The translations under genes were made by a program, and so were the position numbers. Positions 26,425 through 35,388 of a DNA stretch of 64,000 nt are shown here, piece by piece (positions within the stretch are counted from its first letter, which is position 1; every line of letters begins with the position of its first letter). The stretch is from Clostridiaceae bacterium (GTDB lineage: Bacteria > Bacillota > Clostridia > DSM-8532): positions 44 through 64,043 of the forward strand of contig JAAYKJ010000197.1 in assembly GCA_012522505.1 (NCBI GenBank). The letters are read 5' to 3'. The notes under the pieces are model-generated. The model had not been told where the DNA came from. It did not search any database and saw only the letters and a list, made by a program, of their open reading frames with translations.

Positions 26425-27579
26425 ATGAAAAGAACCTGTAAAAAACCTCTTCTTGTCCTGATAATTTGTTTGGTAATTTTTTCAGCCATGGAAATCCCAT
26501 CAGGCTTTTTCAGAACAAAACTATTCCTGTTACTGGCGCCTGATGACAGCCTTGTTATGCATTTTTCAATCTATCCGGAAGGCTATACAACATTTTGTGC
26601 AGATGGGGTCTCTCCAATTCTTTTGGACGTATCGTTGTTTGATTCCAATCAGAATCCAATCCCTTTTTCTTCTATCCATGTTCGGTTGAACAACTCTTCA
26701 GTCCGGATGAAACCGTCCCACCCTATCACCGACAAGGACGGACGAGCAATCATCACTCTTTTCCCTGAAGAACTGAATCAGTTTGGTGAGGATGGGGAAG
26801 ATTTTCATTCGGAAATATCGGTCTGTTTGGAGCTGAATGCATATAAAGCCACACCAGTTCGTTGGGAAGGAAGGATGGCCACCCCTCCTGTTGTATTGAT
26901 TCATGGATTTCAGGATACCTCAGAAGCCATGGTTCCGCTTCATAATTACTTGCTTGATAAGGGATTCCAGGTTTACTCGTTGGATTACGCCACCGATACC
27001 GATCTTGAAACGATGTCGGATGCACTTGATAAATTTTTAGCCAGTACAACGCTGGATCTGAAGGAAAAAGGAATACATGCGGGCAGGATGGATCTTGTTG
27101 CACACAGCCTCGGTGGTATCGTAGCAAGGTTCTATACCTCTCAGACAACTTATTTACAAAAGCAGAATGTACACAAGTTGATCTTTATTAATGTCCCTCA
27201 TTTTGGCACACCCTGGGCGGAAGCCGGTGCAGCATTATTAAATACACCTTTTTTGACAGAGCTGTATCCTACCAGTGAACTGTACACCTCTGTTTTTCCA
27301 AATTTCATCAACAGAGGCCTGAATCAAAACATCCAGACAGCGAATATTGCTCTGGAAAATGATGAAGTAGTGCCTCTTCCCAGTTCAACGCTGTCCTCCT
27401 GGGGCATAGATACAAAAGTATACCGGATTGGTTCGGAACCGTTAAGCCTTGAGTCTGTTATCAGCAATCAGGTAACAGGAGTATCCCGTCACAGGCAGCT
27501 GCTATTTTACACACCAGTTTTCGAGGAGATCTTTGATTATCTGACAAATAGCCTTCCATATCCACAGAAAAAAAAATAA
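26425..27579 (+). CDS. secreted/anchored alpha/beta-hydrolase, lipase/esterase-like
   Basis: It has an N-terminal signal/TM, a ~120-aa beta-rich region, then VVLIHGFQDTS and the nucleophile elbow AHSLGG, typical of lipase class 2/PGAP1-like hydrolases. Confidence 0.7.
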   Translation: MKRTCKKPLLVLIICLVIFSAMEIPSGFFRTKLFLLLAPDDSLVMHFSIYPEGYTTFCADGVSPILLDVSLFDSNQNPIPFSSIHVRLNNSSVRMKPSHPITDKDGRAIITLFPEELNQFGEDGEDFHSEISVCLELNAYKATPVRWEGRMATPPVVLIHGFQDTSEAMVPLHNYLLDKGFQVYSLDYATDTDLETMSDALDKFLASTTLDLKEKGIHAGRMDLVAHSLGGIVARFYTSQTTYLQKQNVHKLIFINVPHFGTPWAEAGAALLNTPFLTELYPTSELYTSVFPNFINRGLNQNIQTANIALENDEVVPLPSSTLSSWGIDTKVYRIGSEPLSLESVISNQVTGVSRHRQLLFYTPVFEEIFDYLTNSLPYPQKKK

Positions 27580-27792
27580 ACTCACAGCCTGAAAAGTGCT
27601 TGTCCACAATGGTTTTCCCCGGCAAACAGGCGAAATAGGCCTGAAACACAAAAAGATATCCACAAGACTGTGGATATCTTTTTGGTGTGAAAAACGGCTA
27701 TGTGCCTTTGATATCAATGCTTTTAGGCTTTTTTTGTATTTTATTGCTTTTTCACAGTTGTTTTCTGTGGATTGTTTTACGTTTTGTCCACA
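27558..27792. promoter_or_regulatory. cluster of seven DnaA-box-like 9-mers (five with at most 1 mismatch to TTATCCACA)
   Basis: The boxes are ATATCCACA 27558, TTGTCCACA 27600, ATATCCACA 27656, TGTGGATAT 27669 (rev), TTTTTCACA 27748, TGTGGATTG 27766 (rev) and TTGTCCACA 27784. A T-rich tract lies at 27721-27765. Confidence 0.55.
27651..27683. terminator. bidirectional hairpin terminator after the lipase-like gene (its stem is built from two inverted DnaA-like boxes)
   Basis: AAAAGATATCCACA-agac-TGTGGATATCTTTTT. Confidence 0.65.
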
Positions 27793-27946
27793 GGATGTCA
27801 ATACAACCTAACTTCATATCATGCATTGACAAATTTCAACATGGTGTCGTAACCTGTCTACAGCGGTATGTCCATTTACGAGCAAAGAAACATTACTTTT
27901 TGCATGGTAGAACCTGAGCAAACTGAATGGAGTTGATTTGATCGGC

Positions 27947-28120
27947 TCAGGCACTTATCCTTCGCTTCTTTTGCTCATATAAATTCTCAGATTTGGGTGC
28001 GAGGAAATTAATATCATGCATGGTCCTTTTCTTTTTGAATTTGTTTCCGTAAAAGACCCTGATAACCAAGCGCACCAAGCCTTTTAAAAAAGCAACAAGA
28101 AAATTATCTTTTTTTATCAT
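27947..28120 (-). CDS. small basic hypothetical protein (57 aa)
   Basis: Below the ORF-track cutoff. Translation is MIKKDNFLVAFLKGLVRLVIRVFYGNKFKKKRTMHDINFLAPKSENLYEQKKRRISA, with GAGGTG-7nt-ATG and a near-consensus promoter upstream. I recognise no family. Confidence 0.4.
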   Translation of the reverse strand: MIKKDNFLVAFLKGLVRLVIRVFYGNKFKKKRTMHDINFLAPKSENLYEQKKRRISA

Positions 28121-28163
28121 TCGTAAACACCTCTATATTAAGACAAAATCCTCCAATGATTTT

Positions 28164-28191
28164 AGTATACCTATTTTCTTACTTTTGTCAA
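28164..28191 (-). promoter_or_regulatory. sigma-A promoter candidate (TTGACA-16-TATACT) driving the 57-aa ORF
   Basis: Read on the minus strand; the -10 is about 45 nt upstream of ATG 28120. Confidence 0.5.
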
Positions 28192-28274
28192 ACTTTTTGG
28201 TAGCTCACTCATATTAAGTATCGGATGGCAACAGGAAAATCTTTACACAATCCCTCAATGGCCGTGAACTCTCT

Positions 28275-28316
28275 GGCTAAAGCAGAAAATTTAGGACCTT
28301 GGGAGCGTTTGATACA
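28275..28316 (+). repeat. short remnant (I) of the MITE-like repeat right end
   Basis: GGCTAAAGCAGAAAATTTAGGACCTTGGGAGCGTTTGATACA compares with GGCTAAAAT...TTTAGG...CTTAGGAGCATTTGATAA in the long copies. Confidence 0.4.
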
Positions 28317-28372
28317 ATACGAAATGAATTTCGGCAGGGCTCTGAAATTTAATCGGACTGTATCTTGTCTCA

Positions 28373-28407
28373 AAGGAATAGGGGAGCTCTTTGCTCCCCT
28401 ATTCCTT
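28373..28407. terminator. strong hairpin terminator after the phasin-like gene
   Basis: 15-bp perfect stem AAGGAATAGGGGAGC-tcttt-GCTCCCCTATTCCTT. Confidence 0.7.
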
Positions 28408-28450
28408 ACATTACCACTGTAATGTAAACCAATGCAGCCCTTGGCAAGAA

Positions 28451-28807
28451 CTAATCTTCGCTATCCTGTTCGCTCTCTTCGGTTTCTTCGGTCTGTTCGG
28501 TCTCTCCGTTCTGCCGGGCAAGCTCTTCACGGATAATTTCCCTTAACTCTTCTCTGGTTATGGTATCTGACTTCTTAGCATTAATGTTACTTTGGATTTT
28601 GGAGACCTCTTCCTCAATAAACTTTCTGATGGTTTCCTTCTGGTTCTCCCCTTTTTCAATCAGTTCGTTGACCAGCTTTTTTGCGTCTTCTGAAGCTACC
28701 TCGCCTTTTTTGACCAGTTCGTTTACGAGTGTTTCTACTTTTTCAGCAGAATAAGTTACCAGTCCCAACCCAAAATGGAGCGTTTTTTCCAAGTACTTCA
28801 ATAACAT
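28451..28807 (-). CDS. phasin-like coiled-coil protein with an acidic tail
   Basis: From M at 28807: MLLKYLEKTLHFGLGLVTYSAEKVETLVNELVKKGEVASEDAKKLVNELIEKGE..., the pattern of PHA-regulator/phasin-like (COG3937-type) proteins. The ORF-track start is 28879. Confidence 0.6.
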   Translation of the reverse strand: MLLKYLEKTLHFGLGLVTYSAEKVETLVNELVKKGEVASEDAKKLVNELIEKGENQKETIRKFIEEEVSKIQSNINAKKSDTITREELREIIREELARQNGETEQTEETEESEQDSED

Positions 28808-29039
28808 GATACATTCATCCTTTCCTGAATTGATTCCCGTTGAACCGGTTATTTTCTGTTGCGCGAACAATCGCGCCATGATAGTTGTTAAAGTATGGGC
28901 AGAATGTTCAACTACATTTAATATTACGTTTATTTTTCCGCTTTGTATGAAGCATAATAAAAAAACATGGATTTGTTAAGACAAACCCTTCCGCTGCATC
29001 AGGGGAAAATGATGAGATCTTCATAAAAACGACCTCTGA

Positions 29040-30107
29040 TTATTTTGAGCGAATTATATCGAAGTATACACCATCGATTTTTTTGGGCTCCGGGCATTCA
29101 ATGACAAGTGATTCCCGGGTATAATTCGCGCTAAGTGCCTTTCGTAGCATATTTGCATAGGAAGTGATGGTTTTCATGCTTTGAATACTTGTGCGAATAT
29201 TTTCATTCATCAGTTTGCCGATATCGTCTATTTTTCCAAGGTTTTTTAACGTAATATGCTGTTTAAAGAACGCCTCCAAAAACTTGTTCTGGTTTTCTTT
29301 TCGAAATTGGTCCGAATAATTCCTGAACTCACCGTTGTCATCATATCCCTGGCGAAACCTCACAAAGCCTTCCGCCTGCACTCCATTTAGATGTTGCTTT
29401 CCTTTCTGCAGGTCAATATGGAGATCCTGTACGGGATCATCATATTTCATCCTCACTGGAACCTCAACGGTTACGCCGTCAAAAAGGTCAACAATGTCCC
29501 GAAACCCCTTGGTATTCACATAGGCATAATCATCAACCCGTATTTCGAAAATCTCTTCAATCAAATCCGCAAGAAAGTCGATATTGCTGTTTGAAAAAGT
29601 TCCTTTTCCCGCTTTATACCCTATCCGGGCTCCGACAGTGTGTGCAGCGTTGATTTTCTGAAACCCTTTTGCTTCATACAATTTGGGGGATTTTTCACGT
29701 AACTGGCTTAATACTTCCTCACTGTAATCAATATAGATATCTCTAGGAAAGTTCAAAACCTGAATTTTCTTGTTCTTCTCAGAAATGGATGCAATTATGA
29801 TGGCATCCCAGCTGCCGCTGTAAGCGTCTTCGCCGATCATCAGAACGTTCCTGTCGTCTTCGTCAACAAGCGACTTATAGTATTTCTGATCTTTTGTAAG
29901 AGAATATTCCTTTTTTAAGCCTTTTTTATTACCGGTTTGATCTTCGGCAGGGTCTTCTGTGTTCTTGATGACTGGATTTTCCGAAAAAACCCCGGAAAAA
30001 TCAAGTACAAATCTCTCCCTCCAAACAATTTCAGATATTCCAATACCGGCAAGTATACCCGCTGCAATACAAATGACTGCAAGTATAATTAATTTGTTTT
30101 TCTTCAT
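29040..30107 (-). CDS. LytR-CpsA-Psr (LCP) family cell-envelope glycopolymer transferase
   Basis: N-terminal TM, then the LCP core (NVLMIGED...DAIIIASI...QVLNFPRDIYIDY...INAAH...FLADLIEEIFEIRVDDYAYVNTKGFRDIVDLFDGVTVEVP). Confidence 0.85.
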   Translation of the reverse strand: MKKNKLIILAVICIAAGILAGIGISEIVWRERFVLDFSGVFSENPVIKNTEDPAEDQTGNKKGLKKEYSLTKDQKYYKSLVDEDDRNVLMIGEDAYSGSWDAIIIASISEKNKKIQVLNFPRDIYIDYSEEVLSQLREKSPKLYEAKGFQKINAAHTVGARIGYKAGKGTFSNSNIDFLADLIEEIFEIRVDDYAYVNTKGFRDIVDLFDGVTVEVPVRMKYDDPVQDLHIDLQKGKQHLNGVQAEGFVRFRQGYDDNGEFRNYSDQFRKENQNKFLEAFFKQHITLKNLGKIDDIGKLMNENIRTSIQSMKTITSYANMLRKALSANYTRESLVIECPEPKKIDGVYFDIIRSK

Positions 30108-30565
30108 TCAGCCTACCCCTATTGTATCGGACAAAATGATATACATAAATACTATAATCGTTTATTCGCCTTTTGTGTAGTTCCAATTTTCTTCCTGGCA
30201 TGAACAGACAATTATAATTAGTACTTCACATCCTATCATAAAACAGTATGACGTTATTCTCAAGGAAAATGTTTCACCGATCGATACAATCTAGCCTGTT
30301 CTGGCGTATAATTGTACTCATATTGATACAGTACACATGGTTTTGGCGTTACTTTTTGCGCTGTGTCTGTGCTTTTTATTACTCACAGAGAAATGTGTAC
30401 AAAGTTTACAAATCCTCATAAATCTTTCTTTTCAGGGTATAATAATCTACCGGAACCTTTTTCCGGAGATGAACCAAAAAAGTGCTTCTCTCCAAAGGAA
30501 TATGGCGGGAGCGGGCTACATAAAACCGGACAGAGGAACACGATATAACTGGAGAGCGTGGTTGA

Positions 30566-31516
30566 ATGAGGGTTGGAATACCAAAGGGGTTACTATATTG
30601 TAAATATCACCCCTTCTTTAGAACTTTCTTTCAGAATCTGGGTGCTGAAGTCATAGAGTCAGAGGAAACAAATCAAGAGATTATGAATCTGGGTGTAAAG
30701 GTTTGTGTGGATGAAGCCTGTTTACCTGTTAAAGTTTATCACGGGCATGTGGCAACCCTAAAGGATCAATGTGACTTATTGGTGATACCAAGAATTATGG
30801 GAATATACACGCAGGAATACATTTGCCCAAAATTTTGTGGTCTTCCAGAAATGGTTGCACACAGCATCCCTGGATTACCAGAGATAACAAAGGTGCCTTT
30901 ATACATGCATAATCAGAAAGAAATGCATAAGTGGTGCCTTGCAACAGGCCTGAAAATCACCCCCAGTAAGGAAAAAATCCGAAATGCCTTTCAGCATGCC
31001 ATCAGGGCACAATGCAATCTTGAGACCGGCATTCTAGAACCCGGCAAAAAAATGACGGTGATGCTGGCAGGGCATCCGTATTTGATCAATGATACCTTTT
31101 TAAATATGGGGATTGTCAAAAAACTTCGGGCAAAAGATATCGGTTTAGTTACCGAAGAGTTTGCCAGCAGCAAGGCATGCGGATTGCAGCTTAAAAAACT
31201 GATAAAAAAACCCTTTTGGACTTTCCATCGCAGGCTTTATGGTGCTGCAGCTGCGTTTTATGAGCAGCAAAAGGTGAACGGCATTATCTATCTTTCCTCT
31301 TTCGCATGCGGTCTTGATTCGGTAATTATCGATCTGATCCGCTGTCATGTTGGGGAATTTCCAATGCTTGTTCTAAAGCTGGATGAACACACCGGTGAAG
31401 CGGGCATTGACACACGCCTTGAAGCTTTTGTCGACATGTTGGAAAGAAGGGAACAAAATGAAAATTACAATACCACATTTGGGGAATGTTTATATCGCAG
31501 TCAAAATCCTCTTTGA
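30566..31516 (+). CDS. acyl-CoA dehydratase activase-related protein (DUF2229-type, N-terminal-like half)
   Basis: Starts MRVGIPKGLLYCKYHPFFRTFFQNLGAEVIESEETNQEI...VDEACLPVKVYHGH and carries conserved Cys (ICPKFCGLPE, SSFACGLDS), typical of the uncharacterised domain fused to activases in Clostridia. Confidence 0.75.
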   Translation: MRVGIPKGLLYCKYHPFFRTFFQNLGAEVIESEETNQEIMNLGVKVCVDEACLPVKVYHGHVATLKDQCDLLVIPRIMGIYTQEYICPKFCGLPEMVAHSIPGLPEITKVPLYMHNQKEMHKWCLATGLKITPSKEKIRNAFQHAIRAQCNLETGILEPGKKMTVMLAGHPYLINDTFLNMGIVKKLRAKDIGLVTEEFASSKACGLQLKKLIKKPFWTFHRRLYGAAAAFYEQQKVNGIIYLSSFACGLDSVIIDLIRCHVGEFPMLVLKLDEHTGEAGIDTRLEAFVDMLERREQNENYNTTFGECLYRSQNPL

Positions 31517-32555
31517 CAGTCTTGGATTGGATTATGTCATTCCCCCTCTGAATAACAGGGAAGCCCTGCTTTGGGGTTCGAAATACTCTCCGGAAGAAAT
31601 ATGCCTTCCATTCAAGCTGATGATCGGCAATTATTTGGCAGGTATTCATGAGGGAGCCGATACGGTGCTTCTGGTAGGAAGCTGCGGCCCTTGCCGCTTT
31701 GGTGAGTATTGCGAACTACAGATGAAAATATTGCAGCAATTGGGTCATAAGATTGATTTTATCGTCTTGGATCCGGTGAAAAGTATAGGGTTGTGCGAGT
31801 TGTTACACAGAATGCATCGGGTTGGTGCATACAGTAAAAAAACACGAATGCGAAAACTGCAAAGCCTGTTCATGGCCTACAAAGCTATGACGCTTTTGGA
31901 TGACATTGAAAAGGAGGCCCATTGGCGGGCAGGATTTGAAAAAAAACCGGGAGAATGCAAAAGGCTTTTAAACCAATGCAGGAATGCTGTCTATTCTTGC
32001 AATGATCCCGAAAAAGCTCTCGCACTGCTTCAAGAATATCTTGAAACAATACAAAAAATACCCGTCAGCCCTGAGAGAAATCCAATAAAAATTTCAATTA
32101 TAGGTGAGATCTATACGGTGATTGAACCATTTACAAACCTTTATATTGAAGATGTCCTAATGGATATGGGGATATCCACATCCAGGCATCTTACACCCAG
32201 CTGGTGGGTAAAGGATATGCTGCTCAAGACGATGCGGCTGAACTCCAGAGAATTGTTGAAAGCATCCGATGAGTACCTTCCGCTGTATATCGGTGGCCAT
32301 GCCAGAGAGTGCATTGGCGAAGCTGTTCTTGCGGCAGAGGAAGGGATGGACGGTGCAATACAGATATTCCCCATGGGTTGCATGCCGGAGATTGTTTCCA
32401 AAGCAATTCTTCCTTCCATCTCCCGGCAGAAAAATCTACCCATACTCACGCTGGTTGTGGACGAAATGACCGGTGAGGCGGGTTATATGACAAGAATTGA
32501 AGCATTCACCGACCTTCTAGAAAGGAGGAGAGGTCATGTATACATTGGGAGTTGA
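31458..32555 (+). CDS. acyl-CoA dehydratase activase-related protein (DUF2229-type, second half)
   Basis: From M at 31458: MKITIPHLGNVYIAVKILFDSLGLDYVIPPLNNREAL...EEICLPFKLMIGN...GSCGPCRFGEYC...PMGCMPEI. It overlaps the upstream gene by 59 nt in another frame. The ORF track starts at 31383. Confidence 0.75.
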   Translation: MKITIPHLGNVYIAVKILFDSLGLDYVIPPLNNREALLWGSKYSPEEICLPFKLMIGNYLAGIHEGADTVLLVGSCGPCRFGEYCELQMKILQQLGHKIDFIVLDPVKSIGLCELLHRMHRVGAYSKKTRMRKLQSLFMAYKAMTLLDDIEKEAHWRAGFEKKPGECKRLLNQCRNAVYSCNDPEKALALLQEYLETIQKIPVSPERNPIKISIIGEIYTVIEPFTNLYIEDVLMDMGISTSRHLTPSWWVKDMLLKTMRLNSRELLKASDEYLPLYIGGHARECIGEAVLAAEEGMDGAIQIFPMGCMPEIVSKAILPSISRQKNLPILTLVVDEMTGEAGYMTRIEAFTDLLERRRGHVYIGS

Positions 32556-33507
32556 CGTGGGTTCGGTTAGTACCAACATGGTCCTTGTGGATTATAGCGG
32601 AAGGGTCGTTGAAAAGCATTATATCCGGACCAAGGGGCGTCCGATGGAGGCTGTACAAGCCGGATTTGCAATGCTTAGGGAAAAATATCATGACCGACAG
32701 ATAATGGCAGTCGGTGCCACCGGCAGTGGCAGAGCAATCGCAGCGATCCAGATCGGTGCGGATATTGTAAAAAATGAGATCACAGCCCACGCTGTCGCTT
32801 CCATATCCACAATGCCCGATGTAAAAACCATCCTTGAAATCGGCGGGCAGGATTCCAAAATCATCATCATTCGTAATGGAGTTGTTACAGATTTTGCAAT
32901 GAATACAGTCTGTGCCGCTGGGACTGGTTCTTTTCTTGACCGTCAGGCTGAGAGACTGGATATCCCCATTGAAGAATTCGGTGAGTTTGCGCTGAAAGCA
33001 ACTGTTCCTGTGCGGATTGCGGGACGCTGTGCTGTCTTCGCTGAATCTGATATGATCCATAAGCAACAGTTGGGATATAACACCTGCGATATTATCGGAG
33101 GGCTTTGCGATGCGCTGGTACGTAATTATTTGAGCAATGTGGCAAAAGGAAAGGAAATCCTGCCAGCGGTTATTTTTCAAGGAGGTGTTGCGGCAAACAG
33201 AGGAATCCACAGGGCTTTTGAAACCGCCCTACAGATGCCGATAACCATTCCACAGCATCATGAAGTGATGGGTGCTATCGGTGCAGCGATTCTTGCACGG
33301 GAGAAAATACAACAGGAAGACCGAACTACCAAATTCAAGGGGTTCTCAGTGTCGACTTCAGCTTTCCAGTCTAAAAGCTTCATCTGCAATGGCTGTACAA
33401 ACCAATGTGAGGTGGTATCCGTCATGGAGAATCAAAAGGCTGTCGGCTTCTTTGGCGACCGCTGCGAAAAATGGAGAAATAAAGTATCTGCCAGGGCTTT
33501 AAACTAA
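32536..33507 (+). CDS. BadF/BadG/BcrA/BcrD-type ATPase (CoA-substrate-specific enzyme activase)
   Basis: Contains MYTLGVDVGSVSTNMVLVD, EIGGQDSKII, NTVCAAGTGSFLD and AGRCAVFAESD. This is the ASKHA fold with the two cluster-ligand Cys of HgdC-type activases, plus a Cys-rich C-terminal tail (CNGCTNQCEV). Confidence 0.85.
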   Translation: MYTLGVDVGSVSTNMVLVDYSGRVVEKHYIRTKGRPMEAVQAGFAMLREKYHDRQIMAVGATGSGRAIAAIQIGADIVKNEITAHAVASISTMPDVKTILEIGGQDSKIIIIRNGVVTDFAMNTVCAAGTGSFLDRQAERLDIPIEEFGEFALKATVPVRIAGRCAVFAESDMIHKQQLGYNTCDIIGGLCDALVRNYLSNVAKGKEILPAVIFQGGVAANRGIHRAFETALQMPITIPQHHEVMGAIGAAILAREKIQQEDRTTKFKGFSVSTSAFQSKSFICNGCTNQCEVVSVMENQKAVGFFGDRCEKWRNKVSARALN

Positions 33508-33536
33508 CTGTGCAATAAAGACAAAGCGTCTGATGG

Positions 33537-33571
33537 AACAGGTTCCCTGATTTCAAACCAGGGAACCTGTT
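33537..33571. terminator. bidirectional terminator between the activase gene and glpK
   Basis: AACAGGTTCCCTG-atttcaaac-CAGGGAACCTGTT. Confidence 0.7.
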
Positions 33572-33586
33572 TATAACTTATATGTT

Positions 33587-35083
33587 TTATCGGTCAATCC
33601 ACTCCAACGACCGCCCCACTGCTTTTTTCCATCCATCGTATAGTCTGCGGGCGTCATCGGTGTTCATGGTCGGGGTAAACACCCTCTCCTGTTCCCATAT
33701 TCGTGTTATATCACCAAGGTTCTGCCACATCCCCGTTTGAAGACCTGCCATAAAAGCCGCTCCCATTGCTGTGGTCTCCACTACCCGGGGTCTTATTACC
33801 TTCGCATCGAGTATATCTGCTTGAAATTGCATCATAATGCTGCTGACACTCGCGCCACCATCAACCTTTAACGAGCGAATATCACAACAGGCATCTTCTT
33901 TCATGCATTCAACCAGATCCTTAACCTGATAGGCAATGGCCTCCAACGCAGCCCTTGCAATATGCTCCCGTGTAACGCCTCCTGTCAACCCCAGGATGGC
34001 ACCTCTTGCATACATATCCCAGTAAGGCGTTCCCATACCCACAAATGCCGGTACAAAATATACGCCATGGGTATCCGTAACTTTTTCAGCCAGCTCATCA
34101 CACTGCCTGGCGGTTTGAATGATCTTCAGCCCGTCCCGGAGCCACTGTATTGCCGCTCCAGCAATAAAAACACTGCCTTCCAGTGCATAATCCACCCTGT
34201 TGCCAACCCCCCACGCAATTGTGGTCAGCAGCTTATTTTTCGAAAACACCGCCTCTCTTCCGGTGTTCGCAAGCATGAAGCACCCCGTTCCGTAAGTATT
34301 CTTCGCCATGCCGGGTTCAAAGCAAGCCTGCCCGAACAGCGAGGCCTGCTGATCACCTACCGCAGACGCTATCGGAATCTCTCTGCCAAGGACGCTTTTT
34401 CCCACGAAGCCAAACAGAGAGCTGGAAGACTTTGGCTCAGGTAAAATAGAGGCTGGAATTTGTAGCAGCTCCAGAATATCCTTGTCCCATGTCAAGTCGC
34501 AAATGTTAAACAGCATGGTTCTGGATGCATTGGAAAAGTCGGTCGCATGCACTTTGCCGCCAGTAAGCTTCCATATTAACCATGTATCTATTGTCCCTGC
34601 AAGAATGTTTCCTTTTTCGGCCGCTTCCCGTGCCCCCGGAACATTATCCAGAATCCACCTGATTTTCGTCCCAGAGAAATAAGCGTCAATAACAAGGCCT
34701 GTTTTCTGGTGGATTGTCTCTTCGAGGCCATCTTTTTTTAGTTCTCCACACATGTCAGCAGTTCTGCGGCATTGCCAGACAATGGCGTTGTATACCGGCT
34801 TTCCGGTGTTTTTATCCCATAGGACAACGGTTTCACGTTGGTTGGCAATGCCAATCGCAAGGATCTCTTCGAGTGAGATCCCGCCTTTTTCAATTGCTTC
34901 ATTTAAAACATCCTTCTGATTTTGCCAGATCTCTTCCGGATCATGCTCAACCCATCCTGGTTGCGGATAGATCTGCCTGTGCTCCCGGCTTGCCATACTG
35001 ATGATCTTGCCGGCATGATCAAATACAATGGCTCTTGAGCTGGTTGTCCCCTGATCAAGCGTGATGATGAATTTTTCTTTCAT
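33587..35083 (-). CDS. glpK: glycerol kinase
   Basis: 498 aa starting MKEKFIITLDQGTTSSRAIVFD, with GWVEHDPEEIW. FGGY family with a GlpK-type sequence throughout. Confidence 0.97.
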   Translation of the reverse strand: MKEKFIITLDQGTTSSRAIVFDHAGKIISMASREHRQIYPQPGWVEHDPEEIWQNQKDVLNEAIEKGGISLEEILAIGIANQRETVVLWDKNTGKPVYNAIVWQCRRTADMCGELKKDGLEETIHQKTGLVIDAYFSGTKIRWILDNVPGAREAAEKGNILAGTIDTWLIWKLTGGKVHATDFSNASRTMLFNICDLTWDKDILELLQIPASILPEPKSSSSLFGFVGKSVLGREIPIASAVGDQQASLFGQACFEPGMAKNTYGTGCFMLANTGREAVFSKNKLLTTIAWGVGNRVDYALEGSVFIAGAAIQWLRDGLKIIQTARQCDELAEKVTDTHGVYFVPAFVGMGTPYWDMYARGAILGLTGGVTREHIARAALEAIAYQVKDLVECMKEDACCDIRSLKVDGGASVSSIMMQFQADILDAKVIRPRVVETTAMGAAFMAGLQTGMWQNLGDITRIWEQERVFTPTMNTDDARRLYDGWKKAVGRSLEWIDR

Positions 35084-35388
35084 GTCCTCCCTCTTTTCTT
35101 ATATGAGTAATACAATTCAATACCCTTCTACAAAAGACCGGTTTTGTTGTCGAAGCATATCAGCATCGTGTTCCTTCCTAATAGAATTTACCCATTTATC
35201 GCAAACCAAATCAAGTAGCAAGCTGAAGCCGACGTTCAAGCTTATATTATAAACTTGAACGGAGAAAGTGTGCATCTTATAAAATTTACTCATAATTCAT
35301 AAATGCGTAAAACTTTACATTTATACTGTTTACGGCGTCGATTTCAAAAGAACAAATGTTGCCTGTAGGTAAGATAATGGCAAAGTAT

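Noticed and set aside
27558-27792. The DnaA-box cluster plus T-rich tract as the chromosomal replication origin (oriC)
   Set aside because: There is no dnaA, dnaN or rpmH nearby. Gene orientation is predominantly minus on both sides of the cluster, so there is no leading-strand switch. Two of the boxes are simply the arms of a terminator hairpin. A secondary DnaA-binding cluster is the more defensible reading.
31458-31516. The 59-nt overlap between the two DUF2229-type genes as evidence of a frameshifted single gene
   Set aside because: The second gene has its own ATG at the position where homologous domains begin (MKITIPHLG...), and the first product ends after the family-typical ...TRLEAFVDMLERR. 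Overlap with translational coupling is sufficient.
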